In this document: positions 1 to 11,979 of the stretch, piece by piece | Layout: each line of letters opens with the position of its first letter | Numbering within the stretch: position 1 is the first letter of the stretch | Source of the DNA: Mobula hypostoma | Taxonomy: Eukaryota | Direction: 5' to 3' | Length of the DNA: 64,000 nucleotides | Assembly (NCBI RefSeq): GCF_963921235.1 | Contig: NC_086097.1 | Coordinates: 252,776,001 to 252,840,000, forward strand | Program-made: the position numbers and the translations under genes | Notes under the pieces: model-generated | The model's input: only the letters and a program-made list of their open reading frames with translations | Told to the model about the DNA's origin: nothing | Databases searched by the model: none

Positions 1-1297
1 AGTGGCTGGGAAGATGTTACAGTCTATTATTAAGGATGAGGTTTTGGGGTACATGGAGAAGCATGATAAAATTGGCCAAAGTCAGCATAGTTTTGTAAAG
101 AGGAAATCTTGCTTGACAAATCTGTTGGAATTCTTCGAGGAAATAGCAAGCAGGATAGACAAAGGAGGTCAATGGATATTGTTTATGTAGATTTTCAGAA
201 GGTCTTTGACAAGGTGCCACACATGGAGGCTGCTTATCGAAACGAGAGCCCGTGGTATTACGAGAAAGGTACTAGAATGGATGGAATATTGGCTGACTGG
301 CAGGAGGCAGAGTGGGAATAAAGGAGCTTTATCTGGTTGGCTGCCGGTGATTAATGGTGTGCCACAGGGGTCACTGTTGGGACCACTTGTCTTCATGTTG
401 TATGTCAATGATTCCGATAACGGAATTGATGGCTTTGTGGCCAAGTTTGCGGACAATATGAAAATCAGTGGAAGCCTGGTAGCGTGAGCAACCATGGAAT
501 CTGCAGAAGGACTTCGAACAGGAGAGTGAGCGCAGAGATGGCAGATGAGACGGAGTGCTAGGGAGTGTATGGTCATGCACTTTGGCAGAAGGAATAAAGG
601 CATGGACTATTTCGTAAATGGGAAAAAATTCAAAAATCACAAGTACAAAGGGACTTGGGAGTCCTTGTGCAGGGCTCCCTGAAGGTTAACTTGCAGGTTG
701 AGTTGGTGGTGAGGGAGACAAATGCAATGTTAGCATTCATTTTGAGAAGACTAGAATACAAAAACAAAGATGTAATGCTGATCAGACCATACTTGAGTGT
801 TGTGAGCAGTCTGGGGCCCTTTATCTAAGATGAGTTGTGCTGGCATTGGAGAAGATCCAAAAGGGGTTTATGAGAATTAGCTCAGGAAAAAGCATTTGAT
901 GGCTGTGGGCCTGTACACGTTAGAGTAAGGAATGACGGGAGATCTCTTTGAAACCTATTGGGTATTGAAAGGCCAAGATAGCGTGGACATGGAGAGGATG
1001 TTTCCTGTAGTGGGGGAGCCTAGGACCAGAGGATGCAGCCTTAGAATACAAGGATGTCCCTTTGGAACAGAGATGAGGAGGAGTTTCTTGAGCCAGGGGG
1101 TGGTGAATCTGTGGAATTCATTGCCACAGACTGCTGTGGAGGCCAAGTCATTGAGTATATTTAAAGCAGAGGTTGGTAGGTTCTTGATTAGTCTGGGCAT
1201 CAAAGGTTATGGGGAGAAGGCAGGAGAATGGGGTTGAGAGGGATAATAGATCAGCCATGATGGAATAGAGGAGCAGACATAATGGGCTGAATGGCCT
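1..1297 (+). mobile_element. Decayed CR1 LINE, RT region and 3' UTR
   Basis: Frameshifted ORFs with SQHSFVKRKSCLTNLLEFFEE, GVPQGSLLGP, KFADN and the C-terminal RTRG...VVNLWNSLP; CR1-type 3' end (gggctgaatggcct). Confidence 0.92.
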
Positions 1298-1349
1298 AAG
1301 TTTGGCAAAGGCATCAAAATCTAGGCTCTCATGTCCATAGCTATCTCAT

Positions 1350-1572
1350 TATACCCTGCCACTACCAAAGTCTTATCATTAGCACAATGAGCTGTTTACT
1401 GTCTACCTGTGCTGCGCACTACATGCACTTTGAATTATATTTCATTAACTTATTTGTGGTAATATTTTGTTTTGTGTGTGGTATATGTTCTGTGGTCTGG
1501 AGGAATATTGTTTCATTTGGTTGTCCATACGTTTATTGTCAGATGCCAATAGACTTGAATGTGAACTTGAAA
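1350..1572 (+). repeat. Rex1/Babar-associated 3' UTR fragment
   Basis: Similar to 22755-22990, which follows a Rex/Babar C-terminal coding remnant. Confidence 0.5.
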
Positions 1573-1749
1573 TTACAAACCAGTCCCCATAGAAATTGAA
1601 ATTACTTTTCAACGGACTTCAGACTCAGTGGGTTTCTGCAGAGATACTGTTCCACAGGAGCACACTACGAGAGGAGGTAAGATTACTAACTTCCTGTTTG
1701 CAAAATTTTAGCATTATACCTAAAGCAGTTCCTTAAATTTGTCATAGCC

Positions 1750-2632
1750 AAGGGTGGTGGTGAAAATAAGCTCCCACTACCTATTAAAATGCTCCCTATG
1801 ATTATGCATCGTGTGGGCACGTGGCCAAGTGGTTAAGGCATTGGACTAGCGACCTGAAGGTCATGAGTTCGAGCCCCAGCCGAGGGAACGTGTTGTGTCC
1901 TTGAGCAAGGCACTTAATCACACATTGCTCTGTGACGACACTGGTGCCAAGCTGTATGGGTCCTAATGCCCTTCCCTTGGACAACATTGGTGTCGTGGAG
2001 AGGGGAGACTTGCAGCATGGGCAACTGCTGGTCTTCCATACAACCTTGCCCAGGCCTGCACCCTGGAGAGTGAAGACTTTCCAGGCGCAGATCCATGGTC
2101 TCGCAAGACTAACGGATGCCTTTAAAAAATGATATGTGTCTCAAATAATGTCTGACAACCGAGAGTGGCTTAGTTACTAAGTCTGGTGGAACCATTTCTA
2201 CTGACAGGAGAAGGAGCAAAGGCGGGTCACTGGCGCTTTAAAACCAGTCGCCTCAGGGCAGATGGGGCCCATCAACCATTGTTGGCAGTTCATCTTTAGG
2301 ATAAAGCTCATCAGAAGGATAATTCTGATCTCAAACCTCCACCGCCTTGCAGCTATACCCACTCATGGGGAAGGCTTCAGGAGTAAACCCTGAGGGAAAA
2401 TTCCAGACCTGAAGTCCCGAAGGCAGTCCTGCACTGACTGACGACTCCTGTGACGCTGCTGGTGCCAAACTACATCGGTCTCTGCCGTTCCTTTAGATGA
2501 ATCAGCAGTGCGAGGAGGGGAAGCCTACCGCACGGGCTACAGCTTGCTCCCCATATCGTACTGCCCTGGCTTGCGTATCTAGACAGCTGGGATGCAATAT
2601 CCGTGGTCAACCCTGACTAACGGAGGGCTCAA
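1750..2632 (+). mobile_element. Non-coding RTE-related non-autonomous element, interrupted by the SINE at 1813-2125
   Basis: Internal block repeated at 5378-5535; 3' end (atccgtggtc...gactaacgga, then A-rich) resembles the RTE tail at 35941-35985. Confidence 0.55.
1813..2125 (+). mobile_element. tRNA-derived SINE with CORE-like domain and RTE-type 3' tail
   Basis: Pol III A box TGGCCAAGTGG (1822-1832), B box GAGTTCGAGCC (1865-1875), CORE-like tccttgagcaaggcacttaa; tail 41/45 identical to the RTE 3' end at 35941-35985. Confidence 0.85.
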
Positions 2633-3219
2633 TAAAAAGCATAAATGTAAAACTAACCCCAAAGATCTTGTTTATGTTAAGTAAAATATGGTCTAACAAG
2701 AGGAACTAGAGAATGGATGAAGCAGGCAGACAGAACACAGCTGAATGTCATAAGGTTGACAAAATATGTCAGAATTAGGTTTTACAAATTGTCTTTTATC
2801 CCTAAAGCAGCACATGATAAAAACAAGTATTTTAATAACCCAGGTGGTAGATTACTCTTTTATTGTTGCCATTAAATTTAGAAACTAAAGGATTTGCAAC
2901 AAGATGTATGACTAAGCAAAAAGATGCTGATATTTAAAATATGTATGGTGCACAGTGAGATGGTGACACAATCGGTGCACCTGCAGTGAATGTATTTGAA
3001 AGAACAGATCTGCGTAAAAGTCAGAGGTATAAGATTAATAGAGATGGGAATAGAGTGTGATGAGTGACTTACAAGGCCAGTACTGAACTGGAGAATTCAG
3101 GTGACCTCATAAACCCATAAAACCGAAATTAGTTATAAAACCACTTGATAACCTGAAGCTTGTTTATCAGGATAAGGACAGGCACAAATGCTTGAAGCAG
3201 TGTGATTGAAAGAGGGTAG

Positions 3220-3690
3220 AGACAGAGTCATAGAGCTCTACAGCACAGAAACAGGCCCTTTGGCCCAACTAGTCCATGCTAAACTATTAAACTGCCTAGT
3301 CCCATCAACATGTACCGGGGCCACAGCCCTCCACACCTCTCCCATTCATGTAACGATCCAAACTTCTCTGAAATTGAACCTGTATCCCCACTCATGCTGG
3401 CAGATCGTTCCACACTCTCACCACCTTCTGAGTTTAGAAGTTGCCCCTTATGTTCCCCTCAAATGCCTCACCTTTCACCCTTAACCCATGACTTCTAGTC
3501 GTAGTCCCACACAACCTCAGTGGAAAAAGCCTGCTTGCATTTACCCTAACTATACTCCTCACAATTTTGTATACCTCTATCAAATCTCCCTCAAATCTTC
3601 TACATTCTAGCGGACAAGGTCCTAATGTATTCAATCTTTCCCTATAGCTCAGGCCCTCAAGTCCCGGCAACATCCCTGTAAATTCTCTCT
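3220..3690 (-). mobile_element. CR1 LINE 3' fragment
   Basis: ORF 3434-3700 (LPGLEGLSYRERL...GDLIEVYKIVR) plus CR1 tail. Confidence 0.9.
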
Positions 3691-3914
3691 GAATGTGCAC
3701 ATTAAACTCCGATGAACTCTATCCCAGTTTCAAAGGGTGGTAAAACTGGCATTGGAAAATCCCTGCATAATCCCAGGATTATGTCTTCCCTGCTTACAGA
3801 CTCACTTCCAGTGACTCTTTAATTCATGTTCTCAGAGTTATAAATTAATTAATTACACAATTTGCCTGCTTTTTCACATTGGTTGTTGCTCTTTGTTTAT
3901 GTATTGTTCATTAT

Positions 3915-4200
3915 TATATGCCGTGTTGTATGATGTGGGTAATCATGACCATCATTGTTCTCAGCAAACTTCTCTACAGAAGTGGTTTGCCATTGCCTTC
4001 TTCTGGGCAGTGTCTTTACAAGACAGGTGACCCCAGCCATTATCAATACTCTTCAGAGATTGCCTGCCTGGCGTCGGTGGTCACATAACCAGGATTTATG
4101 ATATGCACCAGCTGCTCATATGACCAGCCACAACCTGTGCCTTATAAGGAGTGTCTTATACCTCCTTTGGAAGAGACATATCTCTACCCTGCCACCTGAT
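3915..4200 (-). mobile_element. RTE-related SINE-like repeat
   Basis: Second copy at 11605-11970; minus strand carries agaaggcaatggcaaaccac, a BovB/Sauria-SINE-like motif. Confidence 0.55.
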
Positions 4201-4239
4201 TTATAGGAAAATGAATCTCAGAGTGGTATAGGTAACATT

Positions 4240-4769
4240 CAGTGCCCATAAAAAGTATTCACCCCCCCCCCCGGAAGTTTTCATGTTTTATTTTTCCGCG
4301 GTGGATTTAATTCTGCAAACTCTAGGTGAGATTTCATGTGAGTTTTTTTCAACAGTGGCTTTCTCTTTGCCACTCTCCCATAAAGCTGTGACTGGTGAAT
4401 CACCTGGCAACAGTGGTTGTATGCCCAGTCTCTCCCATCTCAGCCACTGAAGCTTGTAACTCCTCCAGAGCTGTCATAGGTCTTTTGGAGGCCTCCTTCA
4501 CTCGTCCCTTTCTTGCACGGTCACTCAGTTTTTGAGGACAGCCTGCTCCACATAGATTTACAACTGTACCATATTCTTTCCATTTCTTGATGATTGACCT
4601 AACTGTACTCCAAGAGATATTCAGTGACTTAGGAATTTTCTTGTAACCATCTCATGATTTGTGCTTTTAAATAGCCTTTTTGTGGAGTTGCTTGGAGTGT
4701 TCTTTTGTTGTAAAACAATAAAACATGAAAACTTCCGGAGGGGAGGGGAAGTACTTTTTACAGGCACTG
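4240..4769 (-). mobile_element. Internally deleted Tc1-like DNA transposon
   Basis: TIRs cagtgcccataaaaagta...ccggaagttttcatgttttatt and aataaaacatgaaaacttccgg...tactttttacaggcactg, right flank TA; minus strand encodes the Tc1 HTH region (GYKKIPKSLNISWSTVRSIIKKWKEYG). Confidence 0.88.
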
Positions 4770-4879
4770 TACATACTTTAATAATTGATTTATTTTGGCT
4801 TTGGCTTTGATTGTGAAACCTGGCAGTGGAGGAAAGATCACAACTGCCTGTTAGTCACTTAATGAACATAAACGAGGAT

Positions 4880-5040
4880 TAAGGTACTCTCTTCTCACAA
4901 CGGCCATCAGAGAGGAGGTACAGGAGCCTTTGGTCCCACACCAGGTTCAGCAACAGTTATCACCCCTCAACCATCAGGTCCTGAACCGGCGTGGATAACT
5001 TCACTCAGCTCAACACTGAACTGACACCACAGCCTGTGGG
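4880..5040 (+). mobile_element. Rex1/Babar LINE 3' fragment
   Basis: Decayed PSGRRYRSL...RFRNS-type coding motif shared with the other Rex copies. Confidence 0.65.
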
Positions 5041-5200
5041 CTTCTTCCCCATTTCTTTCCAGTCCTGAAGAAAGGTCTTGGCCCAAAACGTTGACTCTTT
5101 ATTCCTCTCCATAGGTGTTGCCTGACCTGCCGAGTTCCTCCAGTACTTTGTGTGTGTTGCTTGGATTTCCAGCGTCTGTAGAATCTCTTGTGTTTTCAAC
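5041..5200 (+). mobile_element. Short Penelope-derived repeat with degenerate hammerhead motif
   Basis: cagtc-CTGAAGA-aaggtcttggccc-AAAAC-gtt-gact at 5060-5096, then gctgcctgacctgc...ttcctccag-like tail. Confidence 0.75.
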
Positions 5201-5377
5201 CTGTGGATGCAAGTTGAAAGACTCTGCAATTCATGCTCTCAGTATTATTTATTTATTTATTTACTCGTTGGTATTTGGCCAGTTTGTCTTCTTTTACACT
5301 TTGTTTTTTTTGCAGTCTTTACTTGTTTGTAGTTTTACACTGATTTGATTGTGTTTCTTTGTTCTACTGTGAATGCC

Positions 5378-5535
5378 GGGCAGATCAGGCTCACCAGAGG
5401 TGGCTGGCAGCTCATCTGGGAGAAGGAGAACTCTGATCTCAAACCTCTGCTGCTTTGTGGCTATATTCACACATGGGGAAGGCTTTGGGAGTAAACCCTG
5501 AGGGAAAAATCTGGAGCTGGGGTCCCGAAGACAGT
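5378..5535 (+). repeat. Fragment of the RTE-related element seen at 1750-2632
   Basis: Direct similarity to 2255-2425. Confidence 0.7.
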
Positions 5536-5782
5536 GAAGAATGAGCAGATATTACCTTTACAACAACAGTAATACCTTCAGCATCACCTCTTGGAAGTCT
5601 GTCTTGTCTTACATAGTATTTTATTTGTTTTTTCACCATCTGAGACTGTTGAACAGATGTTTTAAATAACCAATGCACCTAAACCGCAGATCTCGTTTAA
5701 ACAGGTTCCAAATAACCTGTTCCATTTCGTGCGAGGGAGACTGTCTCAACCACAACATCCCTCATCACATCTGCTCACTGGA

Positions 5783-6070
5783 ACAAACACCAGAGAGTCT
5801 GCAGATGCTAGACATCCAGAGCAACACACACAAAATGCTGGAGGAACTCAGCAGGTCAGGCAGCATCTACGGACAGGAATAAACAGCTAACGTTTCAGGC
5901 CGGGACCCTGCTTCAGGCGTGGAAAGGAAGGGGGAAGATGCCAGAATAAGAAGGTGGGGGAGAGGAAAGAGGACAAGTCAGAAGATGATCTGTGAAGCCA
6001 GGTGAGGGGGAAGGTAGATGTGAAGGGGAGGGGGGACAAAGTGAGAAGTTAGGAGAGGATCGATGGAAGA
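5783..6070 (-). mobile_element. Short Penelope-derived repeat with degenerate hammerhead motif
   Basis: Minus strand cctgaagcagggtcccggcctgaaacgttagctg, preceded by a pyrimidine-rich tract as in the copy at 26263-27227. Confidence 0.75.
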
Positions 6071-6214
6071 AGCAACTGACTGAATAGCCTAAAATATTGC
6101 AACAGGAAACAAGGAGGAAAAATGAAAACAAGCTCCTTTGGCAACATTGATGTCAATGATTAAACATTGAAGGAGAAACACTGTGTTTAAATTTATTCAG
6201 TGAAGTAAAGCCGG

Positions 6215-6470
6215 GTAACACAGTGGAGGTCAGAGTTCCAAGTTCAATCCAGACCTCGGGTGCTCGCTGTGTGGAATCTGCACATTCACCCCATGACTAA
6301 CTGGGTTTCCCGCAGGTGCTACAGTTTCTTCCCACATCCCAAGGACGTGCGAGCTGGTAGTTTAGATGGCTGTGTAAATTGTCCCTGGTGTGTGTGTGCA
6401 TGTGAGGGGTAGATTCCGGGGGGTCATTGATGTGAATGTAGGAACAATAAATTGGGATTGGTATAAATAA
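6215..6470 (+). mobile_element. V-SINE (HE1-like), decayed
   Basis: V-domain-like tgtgtggaatctgcacattcacccc...gggtttcc...cccacatcccaaggacgtg. Confidence 0.7.
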
Positions 6471-6980
6471 GGAGCACTTTGGTAGTGTAGCGGTTAGTGT
6501 GACACTATTACGGCTTGGGGTGGCGGAGTTCTGAGTTCAATTTTGGTGCCCTATGTAAGGAGTTTGTATGTTCCTTCTGTGAGCGTGTGGGTTTCCTCCG
6601 GGTCACTGTTCCTTCTAAGCCATGTGGATGTGTGGCCACACAGTAACTGAAATGCTGCTACATACATAGCCTTTGTCGCCGTGCAGAGGAAATTTCTTCT
6701 ATATGATGTTTTATTAAAGTGCTGTGCAGCGTTCAAGCCGTGTATAAATCTCCTTCTCAGAGCAGAGCAATGGGTGGTCTGCGCAGATGTAAAAAAAAAT
6801 TAGAGGGGAAGTTGTTCCGGGTGCTCCAGTTTCTGCCCACAGTCCAAAGACGTACCAGTCAGTAAGTTAATTGGTCACTGTAAGTTGTCCTGTGATTAGG
6901 TTTGGGTTAAGTTGGTGGTTCACTGGGTGATGTGGCTTGTTCGTTCGAAAGGGCCTGTTCCGAGCTGATTCTCTAAATAA
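6471..6980 (+). mobile_element. V-SINE (HE1-like) interrupted by a MITE
   Basis: tRNA-like head (tagtgtagcggttag...gagttcaatt), V domain, CR1-like tail (aagggcctgttc). Confidence 0.75.
6604..6814. mobile_element. hAT-like MITE
   Basis: Imperfect TIRs cactgttccttctaa and ttagaggggaagttg; 8-bp TSD ctccgggt (6596-6603) / ttccgggt (6815-6822). Confidence 0.7.
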
Positions 6981-7599
6981 TTTTTTTAAAATGTGCTATT
7001 GACATTACACACAGAGCTTTATTTGTTGTGAATATAAACAGTCATGAATAAATAATATCTGAAGAAACTGTTTAAAAATTAGATCATTTAAAAGTTAAAT
7101 AATTTGGCCCCTCTTGAAATACTCTTAAATAAATTAATTCTCAGAATATTCATATACCACAATATTTCTTAAAATGCTTTTGTCAAATTCCACTTCCAAA
7201 GTATGAATTGGATGTTAAATGGAAACTCAGCAGACAATATACATCTTAAAGTAAAACCCTGAACTCCAATCCAAATATGCGGAAAATGAATGCTCACGTA
7301 TAACTGTTTTCATACTTTGGATTTAGGGCTTAACATATGTAAACCATGCATACATCCATGGGTTTGGATAAGATTTCCAATACACTTACTGGACGATTAT
7401 TCGGGCTCATTATTCAGAATAGGATTCCACAGCTAAACACGGATTATCCTTTGTTTGCCTATGTGTGTTCTGCATTCCTCTGTGAAGTGTTTTAAAATAG
7501 TTGGGGAATTTTGTCAAACTAAGCAATTGAACAAAACAGCACAATTTCATCACTTCTGAGGTATCGGCTGAAACCACAACGTGGAGTGAAAAGTGGAAT

Positions 7600-8145
7600 T
7601 GAATCAGGATCAGTTTAATATCACCGGCATATGTCAAGAAATTTGTTGTTTTGCAGCAGCAGTACAATGCAATACAAAGTAATAAAGCTATAAATTACAA
7701 TAAGCATACATAAAACATTTAATCAAATAAGTGGTACAAAATATGGGAATTTTTAAAAGATGCATGCATTGAAAATATCTGTTTTGCCCAGACTGAAGTA
7801 ACACTGTAATCTCGTTCTCTTGAGCAATGACAATGAAGTTCTATTCTCTTCTAAAAAGAGAAAATAAAACACTGAGGTTATGTTCAGGGGTTCAATGTTC
7901 CTTCAGAAATCAGGTGGCGGAGGGGAAGGAGCTGTTCCTGAAATTTTGAGTGTGTGTCTTCAGGCTCCTGTACCTCCTCCGTGATGGTAGCAATGAGAAG
8001 AGGGCATGTCCTGGGTGATGAGGGTGCTTACTGATGGATTCTGCCTTTTTGAGGCATTGCCTTTTGAGGATGAGCTGGATGCTACAGAGGCTCATGCCCT
8101 TGATAGAGCTGGCTGAGTTTATAACGTTCTGCAGCTTTTTCCAAT
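7600..8145 (-). mobile_element. Rex1/Babar LINE 3' fragment
   Basis: ORF 7910-8350 C-terminal part: KKLQNVINSAS...HPGHALFSLLPSRRRYRSLKTHTQNFRNS. Confidence 0.8.
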
Positions 8146-8254
8146 TGCAGTTCATCTGAGACAATAGAGGGCAGTGTTTGTTCTCAATACAAGCTCCCCA
8201 CGCGTTTGAAAAAATGCACCCACAACCAAGAATTTTTATCCATAAACTTATTAA

Positions 8255-8535
8255 TTTATTTTTAATGTGGAGATACAACGGGGAACAGGCCGTTCCGCCC
8301 TTTGAGCTGTACTGCCCAACAACCCACCGATTTAACCCGAACCTAATCACTGGACAATTAACCTACCAACCAGTGCGTCTTTGGACTGTGGGAGGAAACG
8401 GGAGAACCCAGAGGAAACCTTCATGCGCACGGGAAGGGAAGTATAGACTTGCTTACGGAGGATGCTGGAATTAAGCTCTAAACGCTGATGCCCTGAGCTA
8501 ATAGTGTCATACAAACATCTTTGCTGCTGCGGCAC
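8255..8535 (-). mobile_element. V-SINE-like element
   Basis: Reverse V domain (ctttggactgtgggaggaaac...ggaaacc). Confidence 0.7.
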
Positions 8536-8739
8536 ACCAGAAAAGTATTATCTATTTTTCATCTGAGCCCAGAGAAGCACCACCAGACTATTGGGACAGT
8601 TCTTGTTCATCAGTAACAGAAACAATTTAAGTTGATATAAAACTGGATGTTACTTGATGAGGGGAGTGCTATCTCAGTAGTCCTGTATTATAAGAACTCC
8701 AGAAGTAATTCTCCAGGACAGTATATTTGCATATTTCCA

Positions 8740-9545
8740 TTAGGCCATAGGCCAGTCAGCCCATCAAGTCTGCTCCACCATTCCAACATGTCTGATTTAT
8801 TTTCCCTCTCAACCCCATTCCCCTGCCTTTGACCTGTAACCTTTGACACCCTGACTAATCAAGAACCTATCAATCTCCACTTTAAATATACCCAATGAAT
8901 TCCACAGACTCACCACCATTTGGCTAAAGAAATTCCTCCTCATCACCGTTGTAAACGATGTCTCTCTATTCTGAGGCTGTGCCCTCTGGTCCTAGACTCT
9001 CCCACTATATAAAAAAACATCTTCTCCACATCCACTCTATCCAGACCTTTCAATATTCGATAGGTTTCAATGAGATCCCCCGCATTCTTCTAAGTTCAGC
9101 AAGTACAGGCCCTTAGCCATCAAATGCTCCTCATACATTCACCTTTCAATCCTGAGATCATTCTTGTGAATGTCCTCTGGACTTTCTCCTATGTCAGCAC
9201 ATCCTTTCTTAGATAAGGGGCCCATTACTGCTCAGAATACTCCAAGCGAGGCCTCCCCAGTGCTTTATAAAATCTCAATATTACATCCTTGCTTTTATAC
9301 TTTATATTTTATTGTCACCAAACAATTGATACTAGAATGTACAATCATCACAGCGATATTTGATTATATTCTAGTCCTCTTGAAAAGAATACTAACATTG
9401 CATTTGCCTTCCACACCACAGACTCAACCTGCAAATTAACCTTTAAGGAATCCCGCACAAGGACACCCCAGTCCCTTTGCAGCTTTGATTTCTGAGTTGT
9501 CTCCCTATTTTAAAAAATAATCTGTATCTTTATTCCTGACCAATG
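8740..9545 (-). mobile_element. Decayed CR1 LINE 3' part
   Basis: Antisense of the CR1 RT C-terminal region (gaattccacagactcaccac, ctctggtcctagactctcccac). Confidence 0.85.
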
Positions 9546-9671
9546 CCTTTTCAAGCCTCAACTTTATACCTTTTCATTGTAGTGGCAAATACAACAAAGT
9601 ATCTAGATCTGAAACAACTTTCAAGTCAAAGTTAGAGATTTGTAATTCTGGATGAAGCAGTGAGGACAGAA

Positions 9672-9925
9672 TATCACAAACAAGAGAAAATCTACAGAAG
9701 CTGGAAATCTGAACAATGCACACAAAATGCTGGAGGAACTCAGCAGGCCAGACAACATCTATGGAAAAGAGTACAGACGATGTTTCAGGCTGAGACCCTT
9801 TGGCAGTACTGGAGAAAAAAAAGCCGAGTATTAGATTGAAAAGGTTGGGGGAGGGAGAGAGAAACACCAGGTGATAGGTAAAACCAGGAGGGGGTGGGAT
9901 GAATTAAAGAGCTGAGAAGTTGACA
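9672..9925 (-). mobile_element. Short Penelope-derived repeat with degenerate hammerhead motif
   Basis: caaaatgctggaggaactcagcagg...gtttcaggctgagaccctt, same family as 26263-26400. Confidence 0.75.
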
Positions 9926-10269
9926 CAGTATGATCTGCATTCTCAGCTTATGACTGCTAGATGCTGACTGGCTTGCTGCTTATTTCGAGCTATTCTTGTT
10001 TGTCTCTGATGAAGAGGAAAGGAAAGTGTATAAAGTTTAAGAAGGCATATTGATAACAGCTTGTCTTATTTTACACATTTGCTTTTGTCAGTTTTTGTGT
10101 GTAGTTTTTCAATGATTCTACTGTATTGCTTTGCTTCTTTAGATGCCTGCAAGAAAATGAATCTGAGAGTGATATATCACAGTTCAAAGAAAATTTATTA
10201 TCAAAGTACATGCATGTCATCACATACAACCCTGAAATTCTTTTTCCTGCAGGCACACTTAGCAAATCT

Positions 10270-10725
10270 ATGGCAATGTACACGTACTTTGAGGTGTATG
10301 GGATGTCCAGGGAAGAGTATCTGTGGCTCCAAGCACGCAGCAGTGGCCACAGCCTGATACACCGCTTCAACATGTGGGCTAAACCAGGTGAGGGTAGCCA
10401 GCTGCCTCATACCCCGGTGAGATAGGAACATGCCTGTCATGGCATGGCGGACTGGGTAGGTGAGATCGACAGTGAGATACAACGGTCAGGAAGCTGGTTC
10501 TGTAACACTCCGTGGCGAGTGAAAAGTACGACAAGGCACAGAAGATGTCATGGACATCCACTGCAACCAAGGAAGACCGCTGTTGTGGTGCTCGTTCGCA
10601 CCAATGGAGCTGGACTTCCAAGGTTGAGAGAGTGGAACTGCCCAGTGCAACAGCACTTGCAGCTTAAAAACTCTCCCGCGCAGGTTTCCTGTCATCGTCG
10701 GACACGATGGGCAATCCCCATATGT
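10270..10725 (+). mobile_element. Probable RTE-derived non-autonomous element
   Basis: GC-richer non-coding block ending gtcatcgtcggacacgatgg, resembling the BovB/RTE tail gtcggacacgact. Confidence 0.4.
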
Positions 10726-10824
10726 TGTTCAATAACAAATTTACATTTAACTTTGAACTTTGAATCCATTCTTTAGTTTGATCCACCATCAACAGGGTAA
10801 CCAGGTGACCTGGTAGAACTATGT

Positions 10825-11350
10825 TATACCGATCTGTATGACAATACTGTATAATACTGTAATGTAGAACACTGTATTGTATGACACTACTGTATGACAC
10901 TGTAATGTAGAACACTTAACTGTATGACACTGTACTGTATGACTCTGTACTGAAGGACACTGTACAACAGCATATTGTACTGTAGGACAACACTATTTGA
11001 CACTGTACTGTAGGACACTACTGTATGACACTACTGTATCAGACTGTACTCTACGACACTGCACTGGAAAACACTGTACTCTATGACATTGTACTTTAGG
11101 ACACTGTACTGGATGACACTACTGCATGACATTGTACTGTATGAGACTGTACTGTAGGACACTGCACTGTATGACACTGTACTTAAGACACTGTACTGTA
11201 GGACACTGTACTGTATGAGACTGTACTGTTTAACACTGTACTATAGCACACTGTACTGTAGGACAATACTGTATGAGACTGTACCTTATGAGACTCTACT
11301 GTATGACACTGTACTTAAGACACTGTACTTAGGACACTGTACTGTATAAC
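10825..11350. repeat. Degenerate pentamer-based satellite (ACTGT/ATGAC/AGGAC units)
   Basis: About 520 bp of iterated gacactgtactgta-type units. Confidence 0.95.
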
Positions 11351-11604
11351 TCTGTCTTTATATCTTGCTCCGCCCTCACATTGTAGGAGGAATTGTAGAG
11401 TGTCGGAGGTGGTTTAGAAGACACTTACATGAATATTATCAGGAAAGGAGAGTTTCAACTGAATAAAAGTTTGCTTACGAGGAAATTACTTTCTTTGGAT
11501 TAGAGGAAGCTGGTGGGAAACTGGGAATCTTTTTAGTATTTCCATGGGGAAACTAATTGCATTTGAACTAAAGATTCAAATATAGTTCATTCCACCATTG
11601 AATG

Positions 11605-11970
11605 CCATATTGTATGACGTCATCATTATGATGTAGGAAATCATGGTCTGTCCGTGACCATAATTGCTCATAGCAAACCTTTCTACAGAAGTGGTTTACC
11701 ATTCCCTTCTTTACAAGACGGTTGATCCCAGCCATGATCAATACTCTTCAGAGATTGTCTGCCTGGTGTCGGTGGTCACATAACCAGGATTTGTGATGTA
11801 CACCAGCAGCTCATACGACCATTCACCACCTGCTCCCACGGCTTCACATGACCCTGATCAGGAGCTAAGCAGGTGCTACACCTTGCCCGAGGGTGACCTG
11901 CAGGCTAGCGGAGGGAAAGGGTACCTTACATCTCCTTTGGTAAAGATGTATTTCCACCCCACCATCCCAT
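11605..11970 (-). mobile_element. RTE-related SINE-like repeat (second copy)
   Basis: Clear similarity to 3915-4200. Confidence 0.6.
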
Positions 11971-11979
11971 GAAAGGCAG

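Noticed and set aside
169..603. Long antisense ORFs over CR1 copies (also 39213-39617, 57632-58030, 59280-59726)
   Set aside because: Shadow frames of the CR1 RT coding strand, recurring in every copy
1641..1682. Micro-exon ending at gag/gtaaga
   Set aside because: Splice-like motifs alone are expected by chance; too short to support
1815..1886. tRNA gene
   Set aside because: A and B boxes are present, but the acceptor stem does not pair and the sequence continues into a SINE body and LINE-type tail
10825..11350. CRISPR-like array
   Set aside because: No constant repeat with unique spacers; simple satellite in eukaryotic DNA with no cas genes
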